DNA of 64,000 nucleotides from Octopus sinensis (Eukaryota). The number at the start of each line of letters is the position of its first letter. Position 1 is the stretch's first letter. Below the pieces are notes generated by a model. It had not been told where the DNA came from. It worked only from the letters and a program-made list of their open reading frames with translations, and searched no databases. The translations under genes were made by a program, and so were the position numbers. This document shows, one piece after another, positions 11,173-24,373 of this stretch. The DNA lies in NCBI RefSeq assembly GCF_006345805.1, contig NC_043008.1, positions 6,448,001 to 6,512,000 on the forward strand, given 5' to 3'.

Positions 11173-11977
11173 TCAGAAAACAAAGACAACAATCAACTCT
11201 ATCAAACTCTCTCACTCTCTCTCACGCACACACACACACACATAAAATTAAATAATTAAGGTAATAAACTACAAAAAAATAATTTTAAATCCCTACAAAT
11301 TAAAACATATGACATGGTTATCTCTATCATTAGATGCTTTATTACAACTGAACCTATTTGTAACAACATGTATTATAATATGTTTAAATGATTTAATTCC
11401 TGGTGTGAAATTAGTGGCGATGATTAGTTTTGACATATTTGGGCAAAATTAGAAATATCTAGAATTTTATTCAATTCATTGGCAAAGTCTGATAAATCTG
11501 CCAGAAACTTGTGAACTTTGAACCTGATGTTTCAACATCTTTGTTTTCCCTGGTTAATTCGATATTGCCATTGTTTTGGCAGAAATAGCAGACGTAAAAC
11601 ATTATTTACATTTAAAAAGTAAAACATAAAATTTAACTCTGCACAAGCGTTAGCAGACATTATGAGAACCATGTTCACACACACGTGCTCTCCCTCTCTC
11701 TCTCTCTCTCTGTCTCTGTCTCTCCATTGCTCTCACATGCGCACACACTGTGTATGCGAGTCACTCAAGCCACTTGAGGGTTATAACAACTATCTTACAT
11801 TAAATCAATGTAAAAAAAAATATACACAAAAAGCAACTGATGTTGTATGTTTTAGTAAAACTTCATGAAATTGTTTGTTTCTGGTTGGTCTTTTTTTTAT
11901 ATTTCATTTAAAATTCTCTGTTCAATTTTGATGACCTCATTTCAGATATTTAGTTCAACTATTTTTTTTCCATGAAA

Positions 11978-12480
11978 ACATCATCATCATCAGCAGCAGC
12001 AGCAGCATCATCGTTTTTACGTCCATTTTCCATGCTAGCATGGGTTGGACGGTTCAACCAGTGTCTTGGAAGCAAGGAAGCTGCACCAGACTCCAATCTG
12101 ATCTGGCAGTGTTTCTACAGCTGGATGCCCTTCCTAATGCCAACCACTCCGTGAGTGTAGTGGGTACTTTCTTTGTGTCACCAGCACAGGTACCAGGCGA
12201 GGCTGGCAACGGCCACGATCAGTTGGTGCTTTTTACGTGCCACTGGCACGGAAGCCAGTCAAGGCGGCGCTGGCATCGACCACGTTCGAATGCTGCTTTT
12301 TACGTGCCAGGCGAGGCTGGCAATGGCCACAATTGGTTGGTGCCTTTTACGTGCCACTGGCACGGAAGCCAATCAAGGCGGCGCTGGCATTGGCCACGTT
12401 CGGATGGTACATTTTATGTGCCACCGGAACAGGTATCACAACTACAATTTCCATTTGATTTTTTGGTGTTGATGTACTTC
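11978..12480 (-). mobile_element. Family C element with expanded internal minisatellite
   Basis: Repeated ggtgc(t)ttttacgtgccactggcacggaagcca units at 12180-12430. Confidence 0.85.
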
Positions 12481-12598
12481 ACTCATTCATTCAGTTCTCT
12501 TCATTTCTTTCCATCACACATTCAAAAATTATTAACCTTCAGAACTACATAGCTTCCTCTATTTCCAAACTCAGCCCAATGAAACTTATTTTTCTTAA

Positions 12599-13275
12599 TC
12601 CTCATCATCATCATCCTTTAATGTCTGTTTTCCATGTTGGCATGGATTGGATGGTTTGACCAGAGCTGGAAAACCAGACAGAAGCACTAGGATCCAGTCT
12701 GATTTGGCATGGTTTGCTATGGCTGGATTCACTTCCTAACACCAACCGCGTTACAGAGTGTACTGGGCGCTTTTATGTGGCACCACACCTATTTCTTTAT
12801 TGCCCACAAGGGGCTAAACACAGAGAGGACAAACAAGGACAGACAAACGGATTAAGTCGATTATATCGACCCCAGTGCGTAACTGGTACTTAATTTATCG
12901 ACCCTGAAAGGACGAAAGGTAAAGTAGACCTCGGCGGAATTTGAACTCAGAACGTAGCGGCAGACGGAATACCTGTTTCTTTATTACCCACAAGGGGCTA
13001 AACACAGAGGAGACAAGCAAGGACAGACAAACGGATTAAGTCAATTATATCGACCCCAGTGCATAACTGGTACTTAATTTATCGAACTCGAAAGGACGAA
13101 AGGCAAAGTCGACCTCGGCGGAATTTGAACTCAGAACGTAGAGGCAGATGAAATACTGTTAAACATTTCGCCTGGCGTGCTAACGATTCTGCCAGCTTGC
13201 CGCCTTCATTTATGTGGCACCACACGAGTGCTTTCACGTGGCACTACCACAAGTGCCACCCCTCTTCTTGAAGGG
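12599..13275 (-). mobile_element. Family C element interrupted by a SINE A dimer
   Basis: Family C motifs lie on both sides of the insertion. Confidence 0.75.
12789..13207 (-). mobile_element. Head-to-tail dimer of SINE A (full copy 12974-13207 plus 5'-truncated copy 12789-12973) within one 17-bp TSD
   Basis: TSD tttatgtggcaccacac at 12772-12788 and 13209-13225. Confidence 0.9.
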
Positions 13276-14557
13276 GAGCAGCCTCAATGCTTCTGCTGTG
13301 GAGTATGGATCGTCTTGAGTACAGCATGGTGTCAGCTATTTCTGTCCATTATCATCTTGTCCAAAGCAGATGTTAATATCACACAACAACAATAATCATC
13401 TTACTGGCCTTTAGTTATATTACCTGGAATCATTAACTCACCCCTCATTTATAATGTGAAATTCTGCTAAAGTCTTAGCCTCTCCTTTCGTCTCACCCCC
13501 TCTGCTCATATTCCCCTCATCTAACACAAATCCACCTTTCCCAATGTAACTCCCTCCTTCAGCTGAGGGATCTTATCTTGTAAATTATTTGGTGACCTCA
13601 TTACTTCTGGTGCTACGTACAAAGCACCCAGTCCATACTGTAAAGTAGTTGGCAATAGGAAAGAATGACACGTTTTGTAAGTTTTCCAAGTATTTATTTC
13701 AATCTCCTCAAATTTCGTTAATTTACCTAATTAGGCTACTAACTAAATATTTTTGTTAACAGCTGGTGATTTGTAGCATCAGTGACTGAAAACACATTGT
13801 TATGCTACATATCATTGGCAGTGAGATTCAGCTGACATGCATCAACCAGATGCCTGTCACTGAGGAAATACAGTATGTGAAAATCATAGGAACTGGTAGA
13901 TCAGGTGTTTATTCAATATATGTCTGCATTCTTAGCACCACATGTCTATATGAGAAGACCTCTCAAGGCAAGTACTGCTGTATTCGGTGTTTTAATAGTA
14001 CATCCACATTAAGTAGGATATAAAGATTGCTGTTTGATATTAATATTGCTTCCATTGCTAATTAGGATTAGCAATCAGCACTGTATGTCTAGCATTTTAT
14101 CAAGTTAAACAACACTGTGCTCTAATGATGATTGAGAAGAAACTTCATCAACAGAAAGTAATTTGTCTTAATAAATGTCACTGTTTGACAAAATAGTCTT
14201 TTATTTATTTATATATTTCTCTGAAGAATTCTATGTCATGGTTTTTGAATTTTCTCTGTGATATGATAACCCTCACACAATTTCACTCACAATGCTTTGG
14301 TAAATCAAAGGTCAGCTATGATAAAACAAAAACTCTTGGCCAAGGTACCATACAGTGAACCAAAAGCAACTAGTTCTTCTTAAGCCTGCAGCAGTCCATA
14401 TTCCGTTGCCAAAGGCTAAAGTGTCTCCCAGATAACATCTTTACATTTCAGTGATATATTTTCTATCATAGCATATAAAGATATTATAATGAAGTACACC
14501 TCCCTCTAGGATAAAACTGGGGTAATGTATAACAGATATATTTTCTATTACAATAAA

Positions 14558-14662
14558 TAGGCCCCTTTACTTTTCCCTTGGATAACATTGGTGGCATGGA
14601 GAGGGGAGCCTGGACTTGTGCCTCGGAGGGTAACTTTCTAGGTGCAATCCCATGGTCAATCA
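14558..14662 (+). mobile_element. Family D SINE 3' fragment
   Basis: ttttcccttggataacattggtggcatggagagggg...taactttctaggtgcaatcccatggtc. Confidence 0.7.
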
Positions 14663-15200
14663 CCCAATCACCCAAATATTCATATATAATATAAGCATAT
14701 ACGTTTTATTGACATAACTTATAAAATGGTAAAACTTTGTTGTCAAGGCAACTTTCTTTAGAAACTAAATATGTTCTCGACATTCAGGGAGGTGTTCGTT
14801 AATGTGTTATTCCTCTTCAACTGGGAAAAACATTGCCTCTTCCTCATTCGATATACCTACAGTCAGTCTGATTGGAGATCTTCTTCATCTGCTAATTAAC
14901 CTTTCTGCCAAACTGTATGTCTATCCAGTTAGCTAACCATCCAACCAGCTGTTTCATTTCCTTCATATTCCCTACCTCATCTGTCTGTGTGCCTGTGTGT
15001 CTGTCTGTCTCTCTATCTATCTATTGGTCTGTTGTACATACATACATAGAGAGAGAAAGAGACAGATAGACAGACAGACCAGTAGATAGATAAATACATA
15101 CATACATACATACATACATACATACATACATACATACATACATACAGCAGTCACTCATACATAAAAGTCTTCCCTATCTACACTACCAATGTTATCTAAG

Positions 15201-15395
15201 AAAAAGGCGAAGGCTGATACAGCTTGGCACCAGCTGCATCGGCCTTTCTACAAATCATTTCTACAGCTGAGTGAACTGCAGCAATGTGAAATAAAGTGTC
15301 TTGCTCAAGAACAAAACACACAGCACAGTTCGAAGATTGAACTCACTACCTCATGGCTGTGAGCCTAATACTCTAAGCACTGAGCCATCCACCTT
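15201..15395 (-). mobile_element. Family D SINE 5' part
   Basis: Reverse complement of the family D head and gtcttgctcaagaac block. Confidence 0.75.
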
Positions 15396-15423
15396 CACAA
15401 TGACTTGGGATATCCAACTAATA

Positions 15424-15592
15424 GGCGTAGGAGTGGCTGTGTGGTAAGTAGCTTGCTTACCAACCATATACTTCTGGGTTCAGTCCCACTGCGTGGCACC
15501 TTGGGCAAATGTCTTCTACTATAGCCTCGGTCCGACCAAAGCCTTGTGAGTGGAATTGGTAGACGGAAACTGAAAGAAGCCCATCGTATATA

Positions 15593-15640
<48 letters not shown>

Positions 15641-15864
15641 GTATGAGTGTGTGTATATGCTTGTGTGTCTGTGTTTGTCCCTCAACTTCGCTTGACAACC
15701 AATGTTGGTGCGTTTACGTCCCTGTAACTTAGCAGTTCAGCAATAGAAACTGATAGAATAAGTACCAAGCTTACAAAGAATAAGTCCTGAGGTCGATTTG
15801 CTCGACTAAAGGCGGTGCTCCAGCATGGCCACAGTCAAATGACAGAAACAAGTAAAAGAGAGTA
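15424..15864 (+). mobile_element. tRNA-derived SINE family B, full length, with internal TA/TG microsatellite
   Basis: aggagtggctgtgtggtaagtagcttgc head; ggcaccttgggcaa CORE-like block; gtaaaagag tail. Confidence 0.92.
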
Positions 15865-16611
15865 AGTACAATGAGGAGGTGTAACACATGACTGTAAACA
15901 GCGGGGTCATTCCATAAATGACAAACGCTCCATTTCATTGAATTGAGGAGACAAAAGTCATGGAAGACGGGGTTAAGTTTCGAGAACCTCACACATTATG
16001 GTGGATGTATTTCAGAAACAATTAAACTGAAGCCAACAAAACAAGAATGTAGCGGTGGCACAACTATAATAGTATTTACGAGAGATGACTTAATGGAGAT
16101 AATTCTCTTACATAACACACACACACACACACACACACACAGGCAATGATGTTTGGTGAAGGAACCTGCTCATATTTAATCTGCCATCAATATCCCACGC
16201 CATTTCACCCCCCTCTATCACCACCACCACCACTTCGTATAATTCTCTCAGGTTTGGTTATATTGGCTGCAGTTATTATGTATAAATAAACTATAAATTC
16301 TTTGCCAGCATAGCAACCAAAAACCATTAATAAAAAATAACACTATTGGAATTAGACTAATCTGGTTACTCTGCGGCAAATTTACAACAATACGTTACTT
16401 TTATATATGTTAGGTGTATCCTTCATAAAGTTTTCTTATTGAAGAAGCATTATTAAGTCAATAATAATTAAAGCAAAAATTGAATTGATGATTTAAGCAG
16501 TACATATTCCTTTGTGACCTCATAGTAACAGTTAACGACAGGGCTACAGAATATTAGTGCCATACAAGGAAATATTGTGTTTTTGGTAAGTTTATTTCAT
16601 TAAGGCAAATC

Positions 16612-16737
16612 ATCATCATCGTTTAACGTCTGACTTCCATGCTAGCATGGGTTGGACGATTTTGACTGAGGGCTGGCGAACCAGACAGCCACACCAGGCT
16701 CCAATCTTGATCTGACAGAGTTTCTACAGCTGGATGT
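16612..16737 (-). mobile_element. Family C short copy
   Basis: catcatcatcgtttaacgtctgacttccatgctagc. Confidence 0.8.
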
Positions 16738-18244
16738 CTCAACTTTGGTCACCTTGTGCCGCAGGATCTCGGAGGAGATAGTGTTAGTTGAAGGCTACCA
16801 AACCTGCCATACACAGACAACTTCAGCTTTATATAGAGAGAGATTATTGTTCAGTCATTCAGGCATGCAAAGGGCATTGTGTGTAGAATGGTACAAGGTT
16901 TGAAGAATTTCTAAAACAAGTGTCAGAAAATTCTTGACTGGAAAAAGAAACAAAACAACAAAAGAGAATAAAATATAAAGAATAACAGAAGGAATTAATA
17001 ACAAATAGAAAATAAACTAAGAAGAAGAAAAAAGAGAAGAATTGAAATGCAAAACAAATAATTTTGTCTAATGTTGATGTTAATATTAAGTAGAGAATTT
17101 GGGGATGACAAACATTTGACCCATTAAAAAATTTAAGTCTTTTGTAATAATGTATTGAAATGGTTTGTATTCTTTGTTAAGTGAGTTAGAGACACATTCA
17201 GGAGTCTTGTGACAAGAACAGTTCCATTAGATATAGAAATAGCCAGAGAAAGAAAGAGACAAGTTCTTTTGAATTCTATTTTTGGTTTGCAGTGTATAAG
17301 AAAAGTTTTATCTTAAAAGCTTTGCTTTTTGTATCAGATCAAATATACACACATAGAATAATATTTTTGGTTTGGGGGGGATGGAGGGAATTCAGAAGGC
17401 ATAGTTTGTAAGGAAGAATGATATAAAGAGGTGATATAAATTGACTTATTTTTCCTAGGGGGACGTTTGTATAATTACACTCAATGAAATCAAAAACAAG
17501 AAAGTGAAAGGACTTGAGTTGATGCTGTATTGAAAGCTGATAAGCCTTTGACCAACAAATGAGTATTTTCTGGTTGGCTAATTATTTTCACAAATGTTAA
17601 TTACAAGTTATCTTAATTGACTTCAGGAGTAGGCAAAGTGGAAAACATAAAGGTTTTTAAAATTTTTTTTTTAATTAAAAATTTTTTCTAAGGTTTTGTG
17701 TAATCGAAATAAAATACTGAAAATTTTGACAAAAAAAACAACAAATTGTGAACCACGTTTTTTGTAATTGTAGAGTTAATACCTACCTTACAATATTGTA
17801 ATGTATGTTCTGTGTATTTGTATATGTGGTTGTATGTGTAGAAATTGGTTCACTTCTATGTTCAGCATAAAATATTGAAAGAAAAAAAAAAATTTACAAA
17901 AAAAATTTATATGAATATTAACAAAGAAATAAGGAAGCTTAGACTAAAAAGTTCTCTAAGTCTATGACTTTTTTTTTCCCCATTTTTTTTTACTTTGTTC
18001 TGAGCTATGCAGCAATTGATTTCAGTTTAGGAGAAAACTTTACAACAAATTATGTTCAGCCAGAAATTGCCTTTCAAAATTTGAATACTGCAGAGGTGTG
18101 CAAAGAAAATCTTATGACACTTTTAGTGAGCTGCAACACCTCAGGCTAAAATAACACCATAGCACCTTCCAAGAAAGAACATTTGGTCTGTTAAAAGAAA
18201 GAGGATGAAGGAAATCATCTTTGACATTCCTAAACTCTCTCTCA

Positions 18245-18282
<38 letters not shown>

Positions 18283-19180
18283 GTGAGACTGTAGCAGTTG
18301 AATTGGACCTTTAGACCTATCTCAGGAGTAAACATGAATTGGAAACAAATAGTGGATGATAAGATTAGGGGAAGTGGTTCAGAATAGGTACATCTCACAC
18401 ATAGAAGCCAAGGTAGTTGTAGTCTCAGCAGGAGGGGAAGAAAGAATAAAGAGGGTAGCATTTGTGAGCTATTGATTGCAGCTTGCTGATGAGCAAATCT
18501 TTACCAATCATTTGGATGGTTTGTTTTTGACGTAGACTAGAATGTCTGTGCATTGCAGCAGTAGCAACCCCAGATATGGAAGCAGAACTCAAATGTGGGT
18601 CTTTCTTGGGGAGATTCTACAACAAATCAGAGCTGAGTTATTTTATGGGCCTTTAAACGATCTCTGTTGTCTGAGATGTAATTGCATATGCAAGGAAAGT
18701 GTAACAAGTCTTGAAAGAGTTTAGTATTTGCAGGGAAATTGGAAGTTTGATTGAATACTAAGCACATGAAAGAACGATGTAGCACTTGTTGATACGTGTT
18801 ACACTTGTGATATTGAGTGAGAATAGGTTATTATAGTCTGTGGTAAAGGGGACGATTTCTTTTAAAGTCCCTGTTCATGAAAGCAGCTCACTGTAGAACA
18901 AGTTTGTATACACATAATAAAGGGGTCCTTAAAAGTGATATCCTCTAATTATCATTGAATAGTGTTGCTGGAAATTACAAGTTTGGCCATTAATATTCAG
19001 AAAAAGGTCTAAAAGCGATAAAAGAATCTTAGAATGTGTATATTGAAGTAGATTCATCTGAGAGAATAGTCCAGTCCTACTAATGAGATGTAGAGAAGAA
19101 GTTCATAGGTGAGCAACTTAGCTAGAAGGGTTTCATAGCTAATAAGGTTTAAGCAGCAGCATTTCACCAATGTTCTTTAA

Positions 19181-19401
19181 CCCTTTCATTACCAACCCGG
19201 CTGAAACTGGCTCTGGCTCTGAGTACAAATGTCTTGTTTTCATAAGTTTTGAATTAAAATCTTCCACCAAACCTTAGTCACAATTTATGTTCCTAACACT
19301 AGCTTAATGGTAACCAAGTTATTTTACTAAATTCTTTGTTATATTTAAAATTAATTGTAAGAAACACAGAGCATCTCAATAGAAATACAGTAAGAAAAGG
19401 G
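19181..19401. mobile_element. piggyBac-like MITE with TTAA TSD
   Basis: TTAA(19177-80)-ccctttcattac ... gtaagaaaaggg-TTAA(19402-05). Confidence 0.7.
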
Positions 19402-19455
19402 TTAAGTAAGAGATTATTCATGTGTGCTGGAGAAGAGCAAATCTTCAACAGATAT

Positions 19456-19854
19456 AGGTGCAGGAGTGGTTGTATCATAAGTAGCTTGCTTACCAATCAC
19501 ATGATTCTGGGTTCATTCCTACTGCATGGCACCTTGGGCAAGTGTCTTCTACTATAGCCTTGGGCCGACCAATGCCTTGTGAGTGGATTTGCTAGACGGA
19601 AACTGAGAGAAGCCCGTCGTATATATGTATGTGTGTGTATATGTTTGTGTGTCTGTGTTGGTCTCCCCAACATCGCTTGACAACCGATGGTGGTGTGTTT
19701 ATGTCCCTGTAACTTAGCAGTTTGGCAAAAGAGATTGATAGAATAAGTACTAGGCTTACAAAGAATAAGTCCTGGGGTTGATTTGCTCAACTAAAGGCAG
19801 TGCTTCAGCATGGCCACAGTCAAATGACTGAAACAAGTAAAAGAGTAAAAAGAG
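19456..19854 (+). mobile_element. SINE family B, full length
   Basis: Matches 15424-15864. Confidence 0.92.
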
Positions 19855-21024
19855 TCAAGAGAGATATGGTCTTTTGGAAGCTTTACTGGTGTCAATAAGA
19901 AGAGGAAGAAACCTAAAGTGATAGAGACTCTTGCCTAAGGTTCTTTCCATTGTCTTTGGGATGTTTGGGGTAGGGTTTATGGTTGGTAGGTCAGAGGATT
20001 TTCTTAGTTTCATAAATTGAATAAATTAACATATGTTTTCGCAGACAGGGAAAAGAGAAAGCCCGGAGAAGACTATTATTAGTTGCTAGCAGAAGGGATA
20101 TTGTTTATCAAGGAGTTGTCAGTGTTTGTGTACACTATTAATATTATAGACACTTATTATTGAAATAAATGTTATTACTACGTAAATATATGTGTGTGTG
20201 TGTGCATACATGCATGTGTGCATGCGGGTGTGTTTGTGTGTGTGTGTTTCCATTGGAATAGGTTTGGTTTTCTTCCACATACAACCCAAATTCCTATTGC
20301 ATTTCATTTTCCCTAGAATGGATTTCAGTTTTATATTTAATTATAGATTGCTGAATAATTTACTAAAAAACAAAATTTCTGATATCAAAACCAAAAAAAA
20401 AAAACAAAAAAAAAAAAAAAAAAAAAAATCATTTTTGTTATTCTTAATTTGGACTTCCTATTTTCACTAACTTCTCAAATATCAAATTGGATTTCCAAGC
20501 TACAAATAAAACAAACAAACTGGATAGAAAGAGAGGCAAGCGACTTTTTGATTATCAGCTATGTTGTATGAGCAGCAATATCTAATAAAACTTACTGATC
20601 TGAAATGAAATACTTTGTAGCAGTAATCGTAAACATTATGATAAGAGCATCGGAGTGAACCGCCCAGCAAATAGAGGTGATGGAAATGCCAAAACATAGA
20701 GGAAGTGTTCAATTTTTATGAACACAATAATAGAGGAAGTTCTTTATAGTATTACGACATTTTTAGGTGTTGCAAGTATGTTTTAAACTGAAAAATAGCA
20801 TGGAAATTATCATTAGGCTGCCTTCTCAAATGAAATTAAATAGTTCTTCTCAAAGACAACTTTGGATAATGGCTTCTCATGCAACTTTTGTTGTTATTCA
20901 TTGATATTTACGTTTTTTAAAAATATTTTTTATTTTCTAAAAAAAAAACACTTTTAGATGTATGAGTTATCTTGTCATGCCATAGCTCCAAGTGACTGAT
21001 GCTTAATAATGTTGATGAAGTCGA

Positions 21025-21026
21025 TG

Positions 21027-21071
<45 letters not shown>

Positions 21072-21082
21072 TAATAATAATA
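21025..21082. repeat. (AAT)n microsatellite
   Basis: Direct reading. Confidence 0.95.
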
Positions 21083-22013
21083 ATTGTAATGATAAAATGT
21101 TTTAAAAAATGAGAAAAATGAAATTGAAGAAAATAGTAATTAAATTATTAAAAATTGTTGGTTCTTTTCTCTTTGTTTATGGAAATGATTTTTCGTTTAA
21201 TTTCTATTCACCACTTTGTAACATTAATGTACCTTTCTGATAATCTGTGACATACAAAAAATACAAAACAAACAAAAAACAAAACAAAACAAAAAACAAA
21301 ACAAAACAAAAACAAACAAGTTAATTCCCTATCAGAAATGAATTGTTCCACAGTGTCAGCCTGATGAACTTTTAAAAGCTAAGGAAATCTAAATTCAAAA
21401 GAAAAGAAAAAAGAAAGGTTTGTTTATTAAATTTTATTTATTGCCATTATTTTTGGAATATGTAAAAAGAATTTAAAATTAATTTTTCGATGGAGTTTTT
21501 AAACACTTTTTTGTTTAAGGGATGATAAAGAAAAATATGAGTTATAAAGAAAATATGAAACGTTAAGAGATATTGATGGAGCCAAATACAGTAAGAGAAT
21601 TAAATTAAATATAGAAGAATGAGACAAAGAGAGTGATGAATTGGGTATTAGCAGTTGTATTATACAATCAATCTGTGAATTAATATCTAGGAAATTAGTT
21701 GAAAGACGTTTGTGATGTTAGGGTGTTATGGTAAGTCAAGCTGTGTCTATTACCTGTAGTTGAAATTTAAGATCAATGATATAAACTTTCTCCAATTGTT
21801 TCGTTAGCTTACAAACAACAAGAATTTAAAACAAGTAATAATTAACAGTATATCTGTTTCTGCTTTGGGCAAACTTATGAAATTTAAAGTTATTATAAAC
21901 ATGGAATAATGATACTTCATGGAGGCTCACAGCTGAAGACACTTGCAAAGCAATGGTCTTTGAGTTGAAGTACCAAAGGTTTCAGCTCCATTGACAAATC
22001 CCAGACAAAGACA

Positions 22014-22284
22014 CTCTATATTTAAGAGATGAGGAATTATGTACATATGGTGTAGTGGTTAAGAGCGTGGGCTACTAAACTCGAGATTCTGAGTTCGATT
22101 CCAGGCAGTGACCTGAATAATAATAATAACAACATCGAAAAATACCTTAGGATTGACAATCCAAGTTCGAAATTTCCTCAAGACACCTGATGAAGGCTGG
22201 AGAGTATATCAGCTGAAATGTTGTGTTAACAACAAACAAGATGAGGACAAATATCTGTCAATGTAAATAATGTAAATAATGTAA
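22014..22284 (+). mobile_element. Family E: tRNA-headed SINE carrying a hammerhead motif, preceded by an inverted copy of the family's terminal 33 bp
   Basis: A box tggtgtagtgg 22048-58; B box gttcgattcc 22093-102; (AAT)n; hammerhead 22182-22227; no T4 terminator inside. Confidence 0.85.
22182..22227 (+). ncRNA. Minimal type I hammerhead-like motif (family E)
   Basis: GACAC-CUGAUGA-A-GGCUG(gagaguauau)CAGCU-GAAA-UGU-U-GUGUU; helix III shows a CpG-type C>U change. Confidence 0.65.
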
Positions 22285-22527
22285 AGACACAGACAGTACT
22301 AATTAGCTCAGGACACCTATCTGTTAGTTGTTATCATTTAAGATGGAATTAATTGGTGTCAGTTTGGTTGGAGTGATGTTACTGCTATCTCTTCTGGGAA
22401 GACAAGTTTGTCCTTCAAGTTCATTTGTATTTCCCAGTCTAAGGCAAGGCACATATGCACACACAAACATTTAGACATACATCCATGCATATATACATAA
22501 ATATACATGCATTTTTGTATGTATGTA

Positions 22528-22584
<57 letters not shown>

Positions 22585-22587
22585 ACA

Positions 22588-22620
<33 letters not shown>

Positions 22621-22622
22621 GG

Positions 22623-22663
<41 letters not shown>

Positions 22664-23704
22664 TGGTTTGAAAAAGTAGAGACTGATAACAAGTTCTTGG
22701 CTGAAAAATGTCTTGGGGGTCACAATGATAATCCAAACCCAGAAAAGAAATATTCCAGCATGGCCACAAATCAACAGCAAAAATAAAAAAAACAAATAAC
22801 AATAATGAAAGAATATGTAAATCATAGTGAAATGAGGAGAAAAGCAAAATGGAAGTTGTAATGGTGAAACTGTTCTCAAAGCTCGTAGTTAAGTTGTTAA
22901 CAGTGAAAGTAGAATTAAAGTACCCCTGGGAACTGAAACCACTACCTGCAGAGTTGCTCTATAGCAAAATTATCACCTACACTGTAATACTATACATGTC
23001 CACACACAAACACACAGATTCACACACAGAGATATACATATACATATACACACACACACAGAAATACATACACATATACACACATATACTCAGATATACA
23101 CATACATACACACATACACACATGGACACGCAATCCATAAACACACACAAATCAGTTTTGATAATGGTTTAATTTAGCGTATGTTCATTGCAAATAAATA
23201 GCATATTAATAACAAGCTAATTGATGTTGGACAATCAGTGTGAAAGAAAAACAACAACCACAACAACAACCGCAACAATAACAACGGCCAGCATCAACGT
23301 ATAACATCAGAAGTGATTGGTTGATTCTTCCATAACTAAATACTCTGTCCACATAAGTTGATAAACACCAAAAAAAAAAACAACAAAACAAAAAACAAAA
23401 GAAACTTGTCATATTAATAAATGTGCAGTGTTTGTTGTTGTGTTTTTTTGTTAGCTTTATTTAAGATCAAATGAGATTTGAACAGAGGAATCAGTGAAAA
23501 CAAGAGAGAAAAACAACCATCAAAGCCCATCAATATTTTCTATTGTATGACAACAGTGTTGTTGTTGTTCTTCTTGATGTTGTTGTTGTTGTTGTCTTCC
23601 TTAATATTCTGCTAAATTTTTCTTCTTTTATTTTCTCATTTTAGTTTTCATGTTTAAAAAAAAGATTGTTTCTCAAATATTAAAATAGCTTTAAACTAAC
23701 AAAT

Positions 23705-23712
23705 AAATAATG

Positions 23713-23755
<43 letters not shown>

Positions 23756-23765
23756 TAATAATAGT
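23705..23765. repeat. (AAT)n microsatellite
   Basis: Direct reading. Confidence 0.95.
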
Positions 23766-24144
23766 TAAAAAACATAGAAATTTAATGGTGCTCCAGCATG
23801 GCTACAACTAAAGCACTGAAACTAAAAGAAATTTAAAAGAGTAACATTGCTACAAACACAGCAAAGAGAGAAGAATGAAGATATTCTAGTTGTGATGAGA
23901 GCAGGAAAAACAGAAAATGTTTAATATTAAATATTTGAAGACTCAGAATAATTATTAAATAATTATTACCAGTCTCTTACTTAGAGTTTGTTTGGTTATT
24001 AGTCCGGGGTGGGGTGGGGGAGGGGGTTTGCTGTTGTTTAACCCCAGGTCAGCTCTGATCCAGTTGGCTGATAATTAGAGGCATTCCAAATAGGGTTAAC
24101 TTACTGTCTTTTAAAATGTGGCACATGTAAGACAATATAATTCT

Positions 24145-24373
24145 TATTTCTTTATTGCCCACAAGGGGCTAAACATAGAGGGGACAAAAAAGGACAGACA
24201 AATGGATTAAGTCGATTATATCGACCCCAGTGCGTAACTGGTACTTAATTTATCGACCCCGAAAGGATGAAAGGCAAAGTCGACCTTGGCAGAATTTGAA
24301 CTCAGAATGTAATGGCAGATGAAATACCGCTAAGCATTTCGTCCGACGTGCTAACGTTTCTGCCAGCTCGCCA
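24145..24373 (-). mobile_element. SINE family A, full length, 17-bp TSD (1 mismatch)
   Basis: taagacaatataattct 24128-44 and taagacagtataattct 24374-90. Confidence 0.92.

Noticed and set aside
12040-12552. 170-aa ORF with LQLDALPNANH motif (also at 10733, 40988 and 60960)
   Set aside because: It is the antisense frame of the repeated family C element, and the copies carry stops and frameshifts.
12789-13207. Regularly repeated blocks that might suggest a CRISPR array
   Set aside because: They are eukaryotic SINE copies with a TSD; there is no repeat-spacer structure and no cas genes.
17090-19150. Purine-rich stretch suggestive of a decayed L1/Tx1-like LINE
   Set aside because: Only weak motif hints (e.g. 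D..VTLVI near 18790); I could not align RT motifs convincingly by eye. It needs tBLASTn or an HMM search.
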